From Ptychomitrium polyphyllum (lineage: Eukaryota): a stretch of DNA of 64,000 nt. Positions 13,801 through 31,158 of the stretch are shown in pieces (position 1 is the stretch's first letter; every line of letters starts with the position of its first letter). The position numbers and the translations under genes were made by a program. The stretch lies in contig OZ316776.1 in assembly GCA_973851085.1 (NCBI GenBank), positions 8,432,001 through 8,496,000 on the forward strand, given 5' to 3'. The notes beneath the pieces are model-generated. The model was not told the origin of the DNA. It saw only the letters and a program-made list of their open reading frames with translations, and made no database searches.

Positions 13801-16578
13801 GTGATTTTATTTGGTGTTATGTTTCCTGACATGATGCAGATTTTCGCTTATTTTGCCAGTAGCATGGGTCCGGGCCTTCTGGGTACCTTTGGTGTTTGCT
13901 GGAGGCCATGTTATTGGATTACGAGAGCGACATTGGCTCCATACAGATGTACGAATCTTGCATGGAGCAACCAACCCCTTACTTCTGTTTTTGATCTGGT
14001 CAGGAGTAAGCAGTCTGCAAAATATTTTCTTTGTTTACTAGTTCGGTTTTATTGTCTAATTCTCGCTTCTGGTTCATTTGCTTCCTCAATAAGCTTTACG
14101 ATCCTAGATTTAAGTGCATCTACATGTTCTTACACTTCTGGGTCCATAATCGGCAGATGGAGTTTGCGTACGGAAGTGCTCTTACCTAATTAGGAACGTC
14201 CGATGCTTCTACCGCCTAATTGCGTTGGTTCTTGTTTCTGGAACGACTATTTTTGTCAATAGAGGGATGACCTGTTCGGGCTTATAACTACCTTAGTTAC
14301 TTTCCTTTTGTCTGAATTTTTACCTTATGGTTGTTACAGGCCCAGCTTCCGTCCTTCCCTCACGATTACCCAGATTGTTTCTCCTACGACCAGCACATGG
14401 CCAGAAAGGCCGCAGAGGATCAAGAAACATATAATCGAAGACCGCCTTCTAAAAGAGGTATATGGAAGAGTGGGTTGCCAGATTGGAATTTTGTAAATGA
14501 AGCGTCTGCATTGTATGCAAAGAATCGCAGCAGCGCTCAGGACGTTTCAAGGGCAGAGTTTGGGGCAGAAGCATTTTGTAGTGCCGTGTGTGAAAATTCT
14601 GAAACGATTTCAAATATGACTTCCAATGATAGTATCACTTGTCCCTCTTCGATTGATCCTGAAGCACCTTTTACGCAGTCAAATTGCAGCACAGATCATG
14701 TCGTAACGACAGCTTCCGGAACAGGAATATCAGCTGCGACAGTGGCTGAAACTTCCATGATAGATTCCAGCGAGCCTTCAAATGACGCCCTTGTCCTTCC
14801 CTCTCTATGCAATCTACCATTAGCTGAATTAATTCCAAGAAACGCAGGAGATGATTGCACTAGTGCTCTCATAATTCCTGCCCCCACGGATGTTTTAGAT
14901 GCGAGCCTCATATTGGATCATACCGTTGGGTTGCGTGAAAAACTTTCTTCTCAGCCTGACCCTATATCCGATTCCCAGCCCTTAGCAAGTGCTACTGAGG
15001 GACAGAATAGAGAACGTGATAGTGTAACTGCTGATATGGAGGCATCTTCTTCCGCATTGAATGCCCCTCCCTTGCTCGAAGTCAGTGGACAGATCGAGAA
15101 ACCCTCGACCTTAAAAGACGAATCTGTAAGTGACTGACAAAGTTATAGCTGTATTTGGTGTGAATACTTGACGCAACGTGCAGGTAATTTCAAGTCACTC
15201 GAAATGATCAAGTATACTCATTGCAAGTGGCTCGTTTGAGTATTTATAATTATAAGATAAGAATCCCACTATTTGTTTGTACAGGTACGGGCTGCAGTTG
15301 GGAAACACAAGGCATCTGAAGGTGGTGACAATGGAAAATCCTCAATATTTGTGGCACGGTCATGGGATATCTTGGAAAAGGTTTTAAGGGATTGTGATCT
15401 TCACCACCTGCCATTTCTTACATGGTTTAGGAGGTCAACCGAATTGCCAAACCTTCCAATTCAGCTAATTCCAAAATTTCCAGGTCAGCCAATTTTGCCA
15501 GATCATTCGACTTGGCATCTAGTTGGCGATGGCAGTACGGAGTTGGCGAAGAAAGGTTGCCTTGTGAGAGTGATGATTCACGCTCCTCGGAAAGGAAACT
15601 TAGATTCAGGAGCTATCATCTATTTGCCACTGCCCAGCGACATCGACTCTTATTCCAGCTCGTATGTATCTTTTGTCATCTTTCAGTTCTTTAGAGTACT
15701 TTGTGATTGTTGTTTGTAGTATGCTACCGAGTATATTCAGAGTTGCTTAGTGGTTCAACTTAGTGGCTTACTGTGGATGGCTTACTTGCTCATCAAAATG
15801 AAAATGTTTATGAGCAAACGGAATGAGTCGGATGAGTTTACGGAGCTGTGACTGTATTTAAAGAGTGCTTCAGATTGCCAGGCTTTTGTACGAATTCATT
15901 CCAATGACATCATTGGTTCATGATTTGTAGTGTTTTCTCTTGTGTGTGCAAGGTCTCAAAGGTGGCAAGGTTTTGATGATCCGAGCTTTAAGCAGGTACA
16001 ACAATCGTTTTTAAACAAAAAGAAGAGAAAACAGAAAACAAAAGGAGTACGAAAGCTACTGTCGGTACTCCAGGGCTCTACCCTACGTCAAAATACAGCA
16101 TGTCCAGCAGACCTACCTGAAGGAAGGTCTGAGAGCTGCAGTTTGCGACTTCCAATCGGGATTGTCACTTCTGGTTCGGTCAGAGGAAGGTAACGTTGTG
16201 CATGCACTAACTAATTTTGTTATTGCTTTAACAAAGAAGCGTAGTCTTTGTTACTAGGCAAATCAAGCTATGAGTCACGGATTTAAAGTAATTGCTGAAA
16301 TGATGATGGACTGACTATGATTGAACATCTATTGAATAGCTTAGTATGTACTTCTGCCTTTAGGCTAACTTCTAGGCTTGTGTTGATGCAGTAAATCCTC
16401 TGCTGCGATAGGCATCTGTGAATTTGCTGCTCTCGGCGTTCTGAGAGCAAAACAGATGGCTCCTGATCAGAGCTATCCAAGCTCCGAAATTCTTGTACTA
16501 GCTCGCAACGCATCCTCGTCTATGTATCGACCAGCATTGGCTTCAATCGTAGCTGAGAATGAGTGCATTGATGTGTAA
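10897..16578 (+). CDS. POP1: Ribonuclease MRP/P protein subunit POP1; about 11 exons
   Basis: N-terminal POP1 motifs LDVQKFGDARKTEV, PRCLRRRTTSH, RLVTHVWHAKRF. POPLD region ILPVAWVRAFWVPLVFAGGHVIGLRERHW...LPSFPHDYPDC. C-terminal IGIVTSG...AIGIC...VLARNASSSMYRPALASIV. Exons about 10897-11387, 11671-11767, 12054-12155, 12384-12552, 12703-12802, 13076-13649, 13840-13948, 14340-15125, 15284-15661, 15952-16189, 16391-16578. Confidence 0.9.
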
Positions 16579-17315
16579 CTGCTAAGTGTGAAGGCAAGTA
16601 GTATCTTGCTGAATCGGGGTGTATACTAGGAGACGCACATACAACAACATACCAGACACAGTTGCACAGTTCGTGCAAGGAAAATCGCATGGAACATTTT
16701 CTCGAATCACACCAGCTTATCTTATGCATTAATGATTTCATTGCAAATTTTGATCGACGGAAGATATCAGATTAGACAACGTCGGGGAGTACATTGAAAG
16801 TCCTATGGCCAAATTAGATATTCATAGTGAAGAAGAGTTTTAATGACTTGATGTGATGTAAGCACACGAATTTGAATCATGACTAACACCATGATAATCA
16901 AAGTTTCTGTAAAACCTCACCTGAAATCTGTACTTGGATCAATCTTGTTTCTTTTTATTTTCCATATTTGCAACTACTCGTTGCTTGTCTCACACGAATT
17001 ACAACATTAACCGCTTGTATAGGTACCCGTAATCCTGAACTTTCTTCTGTAGCAAGTGAATGCACACACTGACGAAGAGGTCGTTGCAACAAGTTGGCAG
17101 GATACGACAAAGCTGAGCACATGAAGCTTCAAAACCTAGCACAAGGGGTGAAAAAACAAAACTTTGAAACAGTAAAGTCTGTACCTAAAGGAGTACATTG
17201 CTCTCAGGACTCCCTTTCTCACGGAAAACTAGGGCTCGCTACTTGCAAAATCGGCATAGCAATAGCACAGTTCACCAATTTTGCACTCCTAAATCGTCAA
17301 GACGGAACTGTAAGA

Positions 17316-17735
17316 TCATACGTCGCAATCATCAGAGACGCAGTCAAGAGCAGTGAAGCACGTGAACCGCCTGGAACCACAAAATCCTTGCATCCTTTCC
17401 AGAAGACGCACGCCGCTCCGAAGTCCGGGATGTCAATTTCGCATTCGAAAATTGGCAAATATAGCACTCCTATTTGCTTACAAAGGCACAATACTACAAC
17501 CGCATCCCGGAGCACATCACCTTAAGCTAACAAGTGATGCAACCAGCAGCCTCCGTCATCATAGCCGCCTCGTCCACCATATTCTAATAAAGCTGTTCCA
17601 GAAACCGACGAGAAACTGGCAGAGCCACTTGGGAAACACAACGATGTCGCGCAGTACATACATATACGAGTACAAGTTCAAGGAGATGTCCGCCACCACT
17701 CGAACTATCCTCTCCACCGCCGACGCCGCCATCAT
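17316..17735 (-). CDS. Candidate 46-aa spliced microprotein MMAASAVERIVRVVADISLNLYSYIIVPLRFTCFTALDCVSDDCDV
   Basis: Exons 17735-17662, 17493-17482 (12-nt microexon) and 17370-17316. Introns GTATGT..GTTGTAG (168 nt) and GTAAGC..TTCCAG (111 nt); the joined frame is open (141 nt). Divergent from PIG-M. No homology recognised. Confidence 0.5.
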
Positions 17736-18033
17736 GCGAAAATTCAAGAATCAAAACAGACGGATAGTTCAGAACTCACAAAGAGATAACTTCGGCATGG
17801 GTGTCCTCCGAGTTTTGAAGCGATCCGCGACGGTGGCGAAAGCCTTGAAAGGGGAAGAAAGCAGAGTGTCTGACAGACGCTGATGAAAGAAGCCAGGTGA
17901 GCCAGGTGGACGCAGGGCGATGCGAAGAAAGAGTTATAGGCTTCCTTTACCTTAAGCCTAGACTAGTAGTTGCGGTCCACATTGTAAGCTTTTGGTTTAT
18001 TGGATTTGTTGGATCCCAGTCCCGCAATCGAGG

Positions 18034-19805
18034 ATGACGCGAGGGTGGGATGGCGCGGGGCCAGCGCTTGTCTGGGCGGCAGCGCTTCTGCGTGTGGGAC
18101 TCATCGTCTATGGGGAATGGCAAGACACGCACATGGAGGTTCCCTACACGGACATCGACTATACCGTGTTTTCGGATGCTGCGCGTCTCATGGTAGACGG
18201 GAAATCGCCATTCAAGCGCGCCACATACCGCTACTCGCCGCTACTGGCGCTCGTGCTGGTGCCCAACATTGTGCTTCATCGCTGCTGGGGCAAGCTCCTC
18301 TTTGCTGCTGCAGGTGGGTTGCAAGCTTCGCGATCCTTTTTTTCTTGGAGAGAGACGCACTTTGGCTGAACTTTCTCTTTCAGGGTGCAGGAGAGAGTTT
18401 GAATGGGAATGGTGAAGCAGTTGTTTGGTTTGGTTTGGATTGCAGATCTGCTTGTGGGTCATCTTATCAGCCAAATGCTCAAGCTCCGGGGCGTAGCGAG
18501 CAATGTGCAAGTCGTGTGCGCGGCATTGTGGTTCTTCAATCCGTTCACCTTCGCCGTCGCTACTCGAGGGAACTGCGAGGCCCTCGTCTGTGCCGTCATC
18601 CTCTGGATCCTCAAATGCCTCATGACTGGTATGTCACTCTCTTTCGCGCAAGGTGGGTTTATGTGATCAATTAGGTTTTTGTCCATTTGGAGCAGATCGT
18701 GCGCATGAGTTCGTGTTTGCTTGTCGCTGAGCTCGCCATGTTGGTATCTCGTTAGGGCGGCTGGTGCAGGCTGCAATTTGGTATGGAGTGGTGGTTCATT
18801 TCCGCATCTACCCAATCATATACGCGCTCCCGATCATCCTCTTTCTCAATGACGACTATCCCTCAGTGGCCGCGCGAAATTCAAGATACAAGATAGATTC
18901 GACAGGGCTGATGCGATGGTTAAACCCCGAGAGAATCGCGTTCGGCCTTGTCTCCGGAGGCGTCTTCTTTGTGCTCACGGGGCTCTGTTATTACTTCTAC
19001 GGCATGGAGTTTCTGCAGGGAGCATTATTGTACCACTTCACGCGCACAGATCCCCGACACAACTTCTCCATCTACTTCTACTATGTGTACCTCCATCATT
19101 CTCTGGGCTTCACATTATTAGAACGCCTCTTGGCGTTTGTACCTCAAATGGGAGTCCAATCAGTGCTTGCGACCTACTTCGCAACCGATCTGCCTTTCTG
19201 TATCTTCGCTCAAACGGTGGCTTTCGTCGCTTTCAACAAGGTCCGCTCTCGATCTTGCCCTAATTGTGGTTTATGTCTAAGGGTGTTTTATCTTCTTTGT
19301 TGACCTAAAATTCAGTTAAGAATCAATACTGAAGATCATGAGCGCGTGGTGTTGGTAAAAGACAATCTAGTTGGGTGCATCTTGTACGAGACTTTATAGA
19401 TTTGGATCTAGAGGTACTCTGGATCTAATGCAAGTGTGGTAGTTAAGTGGTCGTCTCACTAACTTCTTCCAGGTGTGTCTATCTCAGGTTATCACTGCAC
19501 AATATTTTGTGTGGTTCTTCTGCCTGCTGCCTGTCATCATCCCAGCCAGCAGACTGAGTTGGAAGATAGGAGCTCTGTGTATGGGAATCTGGACAGCCGC
19601 TCAAGTGCATTGGCTGGGCTGGGCGTATCGTTTAGAATTCAGAGGTCAGAATGTGTTTTTCCAGCTATGGACAGCAAGCGTTGTGTTCTTTGCAGCTACT
19701 GTGGGTATCCTGGGGATTCTTGTGCATCAGCACTCTTTCAACCCTCTCTTCCAGCAGGGTAAGCTTGTACGAATTCGTCGATTTCCTAATTCCAAGTCTG
19801 ATTGA
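18034..19805 (+). CDS. PIGM: GPI mannosyltransferase 1 (PIG-M / PEANUT1-like); 4 exons
   Basis: Motifs [93 protein letters not shown]. Exons about 18034-18313, 18446-18628, 18756-19240, 19489-19805. Confidence 0.95.
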
Positions 19806-22470
19806 TGGCAGTCTCACTATATCCATCCCAGCCGCTTGACCGATCTGGCGACCCACAGACGCATCTCAGGGTTTCTAAGCACTTCCTGGTCGAACAGCTC
19901 CTACAACGCTACAAATGCATCCTCAGCGGTTGGTCATCGGACACTGCTAGCTTTCTCCTGTGAATGATTTTACATGAAAGCAAGCTTAGCAGTTGAGATA
20001 GAATGCCCAAAGCATCAACACCTGCATGCACAGATTTCTCCTATTGGACGCATCCATTGAACCCAGTTCTTCTGGACCTCCACACGGTGAACAACATAGT
20101 GCTCGATAAAACTGGACAGATCCTATGATGCCTTCCTGTCTATCATAGACATGCGTATTTCCCCATCAATCAAAGGTTCCAATCTTATGCCAGATTTCCG
20201 CACATTCTAGACATCATGAAGTAATGAAATCTTTGAGGAACAGTATATTGAGTAACCTGAACCATTGTTTACTCAGTGCGTGATTCGTATGTTAGAGTCA
20301 ATGTTTCCCGTTCTGACTCCAGAGTGCCGGTAGTCTGCTACCAGTCTTGATCATTAAGAAATTTCTCAGGGGAAGTTAATGCACCACTGACCCTAGAGTT
20401 GCAGGTCATTGGCTACACAAACAGTAGGATAGACTTGTCACTTAAACTTTAGACCTGAATAGATTATTTGAGGTACAAAACCAAAAAATAACCTCACTTG
20501 CTCCGTATAATAGGTATATCATCCGGGTCACGCGCTAGATTTGACTTCATTCGACTAAGTTCTATCACCTCGTCGCCACCCCACACTCGTACCACCCAAT
20601 TGATTCACCAGTAAAAGCTCAAACTTTAAGGCCCCAGCTCAAGAGTTCAGCTTCCAACATCAACAATGCTCAAAAACATGAAGCCTGCTTACAATTTATC
20701 TCCTGAAATCAATCAATTGCTGTTATATCACGCTTAGAGCATCCGAAATACTGCAACCACTTACGCTTACTCGCTACCAAGCCGCGGCTTCTCGTTGTAA
20801 CGGCTCATGTGAATGAGCTCTGCAAGCTCACCCTGCGAGCTCCCTCTGCGGGAACATGGCCGTTTGTGCGGGGGCAGACGGAGGAGCTAGCGGCAAGATT
20901 AGGGGGCCTGGAGGCGCGTATTTGAAGAAGCGGTGCCAGGCCCCGGAGGAGCAGGCAAACTGATAGCAATGATTGCAAGTAATACGTATCTGTTCGTGGG
21001 TGTTGCGATCAAGTGGAGATATCTCTCTGCATCGAGGTGCATGTGGGAGGAGAATAAATGCGCAAATAATTTTTACTGTAACGCGGTTACGACGCGTCAA
21101 TCCAGCCTCGGTGTACGTTACAACGCGTCTTTCATCACGTGGGTCACTCTCGGCGGCTATGTCGCCCTCTCGACTTACTGGATCTGCGGCGCAGGCGATT
21201 CTCTCTCGCGGCGTGGATTAGCTTAGCTTGCTCCATCGCATTTCGCATCGCACCTCCCGACTAGATTTCCACTCTCCCACTGGTCGATCCTCAGCTAGCT
21301 TAGCTTGCAATCGTGGTTGTGGACAGAGTGAGTCGCGAACGTCTAGAATCTCGATCTCCTGCTTGTGAGGTGCATTGTGTAATGTTTTCATACAGTTGTT
21401 GCTTGTCTCAGTTGAACCCGGCTTTACGTGCTTGCTCGTAGTACGTTTTCCACTTGCCTGATACCTTGTCGCTTCAGCTCTCTAAGCGCGGTGAGTGTTG
21501 ACCGTTCCTAGCCGTTCCTGACCTTGATCTAGTCTTTGTTTACGGTTGTTTCTAACCCGCTGCTGGATTATTACTGTATGGCTTGTTAGCCATTTCGTCG
21601 TTGTCTTGAGTCTGGGAACATCTGTGAGAATTGCAGGTTCTTTTCCGCCAGTTTCAGTTGTTCCAACCAGTTACTGTTTTCCTTTTTCTTAAAATTTCTC
21701 CCCACTTGCTTTCTTAATCTTCTTGAGTACGTTGTCTAAGCGAAGAGTTCAGCAAGCCTTGCTCGGTGCTTTGGGACTATGAAGATGTTCCGATTTGTGA
21801 TAGTATGTGTGTATAGACGAAAGGATCGAGGAGTCGTTTATGTTAGCTTGAAAGTTTATTCTTGGACGCCTTTCTCTTGCTTGTAGTCGCTTAGCGCTTT
21901 GCTTTTGATGTAGCTCATAGTTTGTACTTTTCGCAAGGGTCTTTTATTGGCTGTGAACTGATGTTAGAAACAGAGTAATTTGAGTGTAGTTGTTTTGAAA
22001 GAACCTCTCGCGGGAAGACATGTTAGATCCAGTCTTTAAATTATTATCCTTGTCTTTTGGGCTTTATTGACTTGTAGGCTCTACATGGTTGCAGATTAAC
22101 CTGCGAGCAGTTTGGAGGAAACTGGGTGCAAGCTGTTTATAGTGCCATGTACTGCAGGCTGAATCTCTCAAGCTGCACCAGGCTTCGGAAGCGGGCTTGT
22201 AGTGCAGACTGAAACTCTTAGCTGAAAGTTGTGACGCTGCTAGTTTACAGAGTGTTTTTAGTGCCTTGCACCATAAAATGATGTCGTCTATATGTTCCAG
22301 TTCACTGTCTAGAGTAGGTAGAGCTTTGGAAGCAACACAAAAAATTGTGCATGAAGTTGCTCTTCTTGCAAAAGCTGCCAATTGAGAGATCATTTCGTCT
22401 GTTTTTCTGTTCTCCTGCATTGAGATTTCAGTACATCTGAACTGTGCTCGGGGGTTTGGATCAAATTATT

Positions 22471-26845
<4,375 letters not shown>

Positions 26846-28019
26846 GCTGTTGATAGTCAGAAAGGTTCACCAATCCTTCCAGAATGATTTTTTCAATTAG
26901 ATCATTTCATCGTCTTTTTTAGATTCAGATTTCGGTGAGAACCTCCACATGGACATCTTTAAGGTGGCTATCAATTGGTCTCAATTGCGCCTACAACCAA
27001 GGCGAGCTTCTGCCCATTGCCGGGAGATGGTAATCGTTCCAGCAACTGCAAATGACCGCCCTTCCTCGTTCATTCCCTGGATTTGGAGGCGCTGTAAGAT
27101 AACTGCGAGGTGTTGTGGAGATGCAATTTTTGTGATACAACAGGGCTCGATTCGTGCAGCCCGACATAGTGTAAGCTAGGAAAAAAGGTGCAGAACCTTC
27201 AACTGGTCTTCATCTCGAACATGTAGACCTGGAGACCTCTACACCGCTTGTACTGTTTTCGTTGTGGTAGCAGGCTACATCCATACAATTTTATGTTTCT
27301 AGCAATGTATTCAAATTGTAATTTTCATTACATCTGATCTAATAATATCAGCTTGTTAAGAGAACCGTGTTACGGGTCAGAGAATGCTGTGGTGCAAACT
27401 TATGTTTTTAACCAAAAGGCTTGAAAACCCTGTCTTTTAAAACAAGATGTTTAGCTTGGTCTTAGCATCAATAAAGTCCTATCCCAATGTAGCAGATCGA
27501 CTTGTAGTGGGACGTCTCAAACTTTTATGTAAGGTTGGTTATCAATTCTAAATTTATTTTGTTTGAACTATGTCGATATGCGCTTCATGATGGCCTGCCC
27601 TGGCAACATGAATCAAATGCACACGATTTGTTACAATTCTTAGCTTTTATGTCATTACAACAATAGGCTTGTTCTTTCAATGATCTGAGTTCATGTAGAA
27701 CCTCCACTTGGCTGTACAATGTCGCTGCAATACCAGACATCGATTGATTTAGGAGGCACTTCAATGAGTTTTTGTATTGCTTGTGCTGTCATCTTGGCTG
27801 CGACATGCAAGTGGTTGAAAAGTAGCTCTTTGCACTGCATGGCGGGCATTATAACTACAGAATACATACAGAAACCATCTAGAAGGTGCAGATCATAGAA
27901 ACAACAAAAGAGGTTAATGAATTGTCGATCAGTGGATTGACGAAGCTGTTGGAGCTGTCACGCGTCGGTAGCAACAGTTTAGTCATCACCTTTGTTCTAC
28001 ATCTAGCATACGTCCGGGC

Positions 28020-28730
28020 CTTGTACCGTATGGGGGTTGGCTGCGGCGACGGAGGTTAATGGTTTACCAGAAATTTTTGCTGGTAATCCTCCTCAAGGAG
28101 TCGTTGAAAACGAAGGACTCTGACTCAGGCTCTCAGAGGTGTGGTCGAACAAGTGCTTGCTGAGTTTCTCCTGCTCCGCGACATATCCTTCTCTGTTTCT
28201 CCATTGCCGTGACATCTTCGGGTCAATTGACGACAACCACCCACAAATTGAGCAACATCGATCTAGAAAAGAATCAAAGTATTCACGATGAATTGCAGAA
28301 GGGCCCAAGAGTTTGAGTCATAGTCACCTGTAAGATCCGGGGTTGATAGACCATTGCTCGTAAGCCCTTGCTGACACAGGCCAAGCCTTCTGACGCAGTT
28401 GATAACCGTGGTCCGAGGCCCCTTGCGTCCCGGATTCATTGGTGCCATAGTCATAGAAAAGATCGACGGTACTAGTTGGGATGGAAGTAGAAAACCTCCA
28501 CTTCTCCACGGGAAGCGCAAAGAACTCCCAAGCCACGCAACGCATCCACTTCGTTAGAGTCGCGGAGACGCCATGGTTGATGATCTAAAACCCGCCTCAT
28601 TCCATACACGCTTTTCGTATCTATTGCACCACCACATCGCGCCGCTCTCCGTGAGATCCTTTCAGATCGAACACTGGTAATTCAAAACCACTCGCAATGT
28701 CGGACGGTGTTAGAGCAGGATTGATCTCTT
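28020..28730 (-). pseudogene. 2-oxoglutarate/Fe(II)-dependent dioxygenase (DOXC class) pseudogene fragment
   Basis: Minus strand reads ELPVFDLKG...VVVQ*IRKACME*GGF*IINHGVS...EFFALPVEK...WSINPGSYR, then an intron, then ...YVAEQEKLSKHLFDHTSESL, a frameshift, and FLVNH*PPSPQP. These are the DIOX_N and NYYPPCPQP motifs, with stops at 28621, 28597, 28585 and ~28056. No HxD core seen. Confidence 0.82.
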
Positions 28731-28786
28731 GCGGAAGTGCATGCGCCATAGCCGTGTCTTCAGCATATCGATTGCATGGAGTTAAT

Positions 28787-28860
28787 ATCTGATGTAGATT
28801 AACGAACTTCCGTCTCCTAATGTGGATTAACTGAGTTCCGACATCTGATGTAGATTAACT
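28787..28860. repeat. 28-bp tandem repeat, ~2.6 copies
   Basis: atctgatgtagattaac at 28787 and 28843; variant cctaatgtggattaac at ~28816. Confidence 0.75.
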
Positions 28861-29439
28861 ACTACAAATACAAACATGAAGTAGAAAATCGAATTGTTCA
28901 AGTTGTCATCTGGTGCTATAGGTTAAGATTCGATAACTTTTTTATCAGACATAGCACTCTAAAAGGCAGGTAAAAGAGGCTGAGAACTAGGATACGTACA
29001 TCGTAGAGTATAGAGTGCTTTCCAGACGATGTAGTTGAATAAGACCTAATCTGCTTACCAATTTGACGAGAAGTAGTGCAAATTATACAAGAACAGATAT
29101 ATGAATGCCTTTGTTGCAGCTCAAAGATCATGTATGACTTCTGTAACAGCCAGGATTTCAATGCAGTACGTCAATTGTACAGTACAGAAACTTTTTATCC
29201 TGTGTTTTTTACAGAACTGAGACTCAGTCTGAATCATCCTTGTACTGTACAGTCCCTGGTAATCCGGTGGGGCTTGGGTTGAACATAGAGCATAATGGTA
29301 GTCTGGATAATGGTGACGGATGTGCCATAGTTGTACTTGTAACCAAATGTGGATCTGCAAGCTTTTATTCTCAGCACAAAGAAATGCTTTCGGAGTACTG
29401 AATTGTACATATGTTGTGAAGGTTTCGACAAGAAGCTCT

Positions 29440-31158
29440 AGATGATGCTGAGACACAATGCACTGACTATATCGTACGTACACCACTGGTATGCTACAGG
29501 AAGAGAGCCGTCCAAAGACTGAGTTTGAAGTTGGATGCCATGCTTCCTCATAAAATCAAAAGGAACATCCTGTACAAGAAATGCGAAGTTAACGTTTAGC
29601 TGTAACTTTGTTAATCATACTAGATTTAGTACATAGTACAAGACGTACAACTTGTTTGCAAACAATGTCAGCTCTTGAAGACATCAGATTTTAAGGATAT
29701 CTGGATCAAGACAAGTCTTGTAATCATGCTTGACAGTCTACGAAAACCTTACCTGTGATTAATTTTCCCAAGTCAGGTGCAAAGAAATGGAATGAAGGAT
29801 GAGCATGAGAATAGGCATGCTAAGGGAGTGGCAGTAGTGCACCAACCAGCAAGACACTAAGGAAGAGAGCAGCAAGTTATGAATAAAATGGCTGACAAAG
29901 CGAGCACCACTTGTGTTTCCAGCAGTATCCTGAACGTTTGAATACCACCAAGCGCTGGATGAAGCTTGGTAGTGGCACTGCTGAATGATAGAGGCTTCGT
30001 AGCGTCACAGTGAGCTCTAGCTGAAATTCCTCTTTGAAGGGAACGTTTCTGACTTCCGTAAGTCTGGTGCATTTGTAATGACAACACTCGAACATTTACC
30101 TGAGCAATGAACACAATTACGTTAAGAAATATTGTATCATGCTCTCTTGATTTGGGGATGCAAGCTTACAATTGCAAGCTGAAATTTTATCCTCCCGTGA
30201 ATAATTGAGTGAAAGTTTCTCCTAATTATGGTGTCATGGGATACTTAAAAGTTCTGGGAGACGCAACTGAAAATTCAGTATTACATTGGGAAGCCCACAT
30301 AGGAACTGTCCTCTCCTTTGCAAGCAGCACTTCGCATTGCTCATCTGTCGAACCAAGTGAACAATAACTTCCTTCAGCAAGATCATAGTGCCTATGATTC
30401 TTATGAGAAAGCTGTGAATCAGTGGTGCAATTTGTGGGTGCGTGAGAGAAGATATGGTTGATGGAATCCAAATTCGGCGGAAGACATGAACATGGAACTC
30501 GGACGTCCCTCTCAGCTCAAAGATCAGTGAGTCATTTAAGATCAGTTCCCTGATCCTTGCAAAAGCCTTCCATTCTTTGCCAAAGCAGGTTTCTGAACAC
30601 TTAATAGTCCTATTCGTAACCCGCAGCCGCACCCTACATGATAGATTGGATGATGCAGATAGTAGGACAACAAAGTCCTTAAGTTTTAGTTTGCCTCAAT
30701 GCTTTTATATGCACCACGAAGGCAGCATCTGAAATTCAAAACCGAGATTACAATGCAATTTGTCAGACAAGGCCAGTCTGAACATGCAATGATAGAATGT
30801 TGCATACACTAATGGTGAGTAGCATAAGAAAAGATTCGGTAAGTGAAATGAGCACCTCAGGCTCCTTATCACAGCATAGTACGTACTCACGTTGCAAATT
30901 ATGTAATGTGCGTTTATTATAATACTATTGCTGTGATCTATCAAACCCAGCCCACTGATTACGAAAAAAGGACAAAATATGGACCAATTTAGTCGAAGCA
31001 TTCGCGGGGCTCTGCAGCTACTTACTAGTCTACAATAGCTGCTGCCAGTTGCCTCACGCACTTGTGATATACTAAGCACCATGACCACAAAATGAGCACT
31101 GCTCTGACCATTCAGTGTAGCAAGCACTTTGGCCATGTTGTCAATTTTAAGCGCCATA
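29440..31158 (-). pseudogene. Double-B3 (REM-like) pseudogene, paralog of the neighbouring B3 genes
   Basis: Same 4-exon layout as the paralogs. Exon 2 from 30728 reads MLPSWCI*KH*GKLKLKDFVVLL...FGKEWKAFARIRELILNDSLIFELRG, with two in-frame stops. The last exon from ~29570 (DVPFDFMRKHGIQLQTQ) loses homology after ~17 codons, so the second B3 is truncated. Confidence 0.8.

Noticed and set aside
16299..16380. Box C-like ATGATGA in the last POP1 intron (possible snoRNA)
   Set aside because: No properly spaced terminal box D, terminal stem or recognisable rRNA guide
17229..17288. Extra in-frame exon ECKIGELCYCYADFASSEP for the microprotein
   Set aside because: Needs a 33-nt intron (17321-17289), too short for typical plant splicing; the TGA at 17318-17316 is preferred
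17094..17883. Plus-strand ORFs of 143 and 176 aa
   Set aside because: Non-ATG starts and no motifs; the splice signals here are on the minus strand
18000..18674. 224-aa alternative-frame ORF over PIG-M
   Set aside because: Off-frame by-product of GC-rich coding sequence; it crosses an intron
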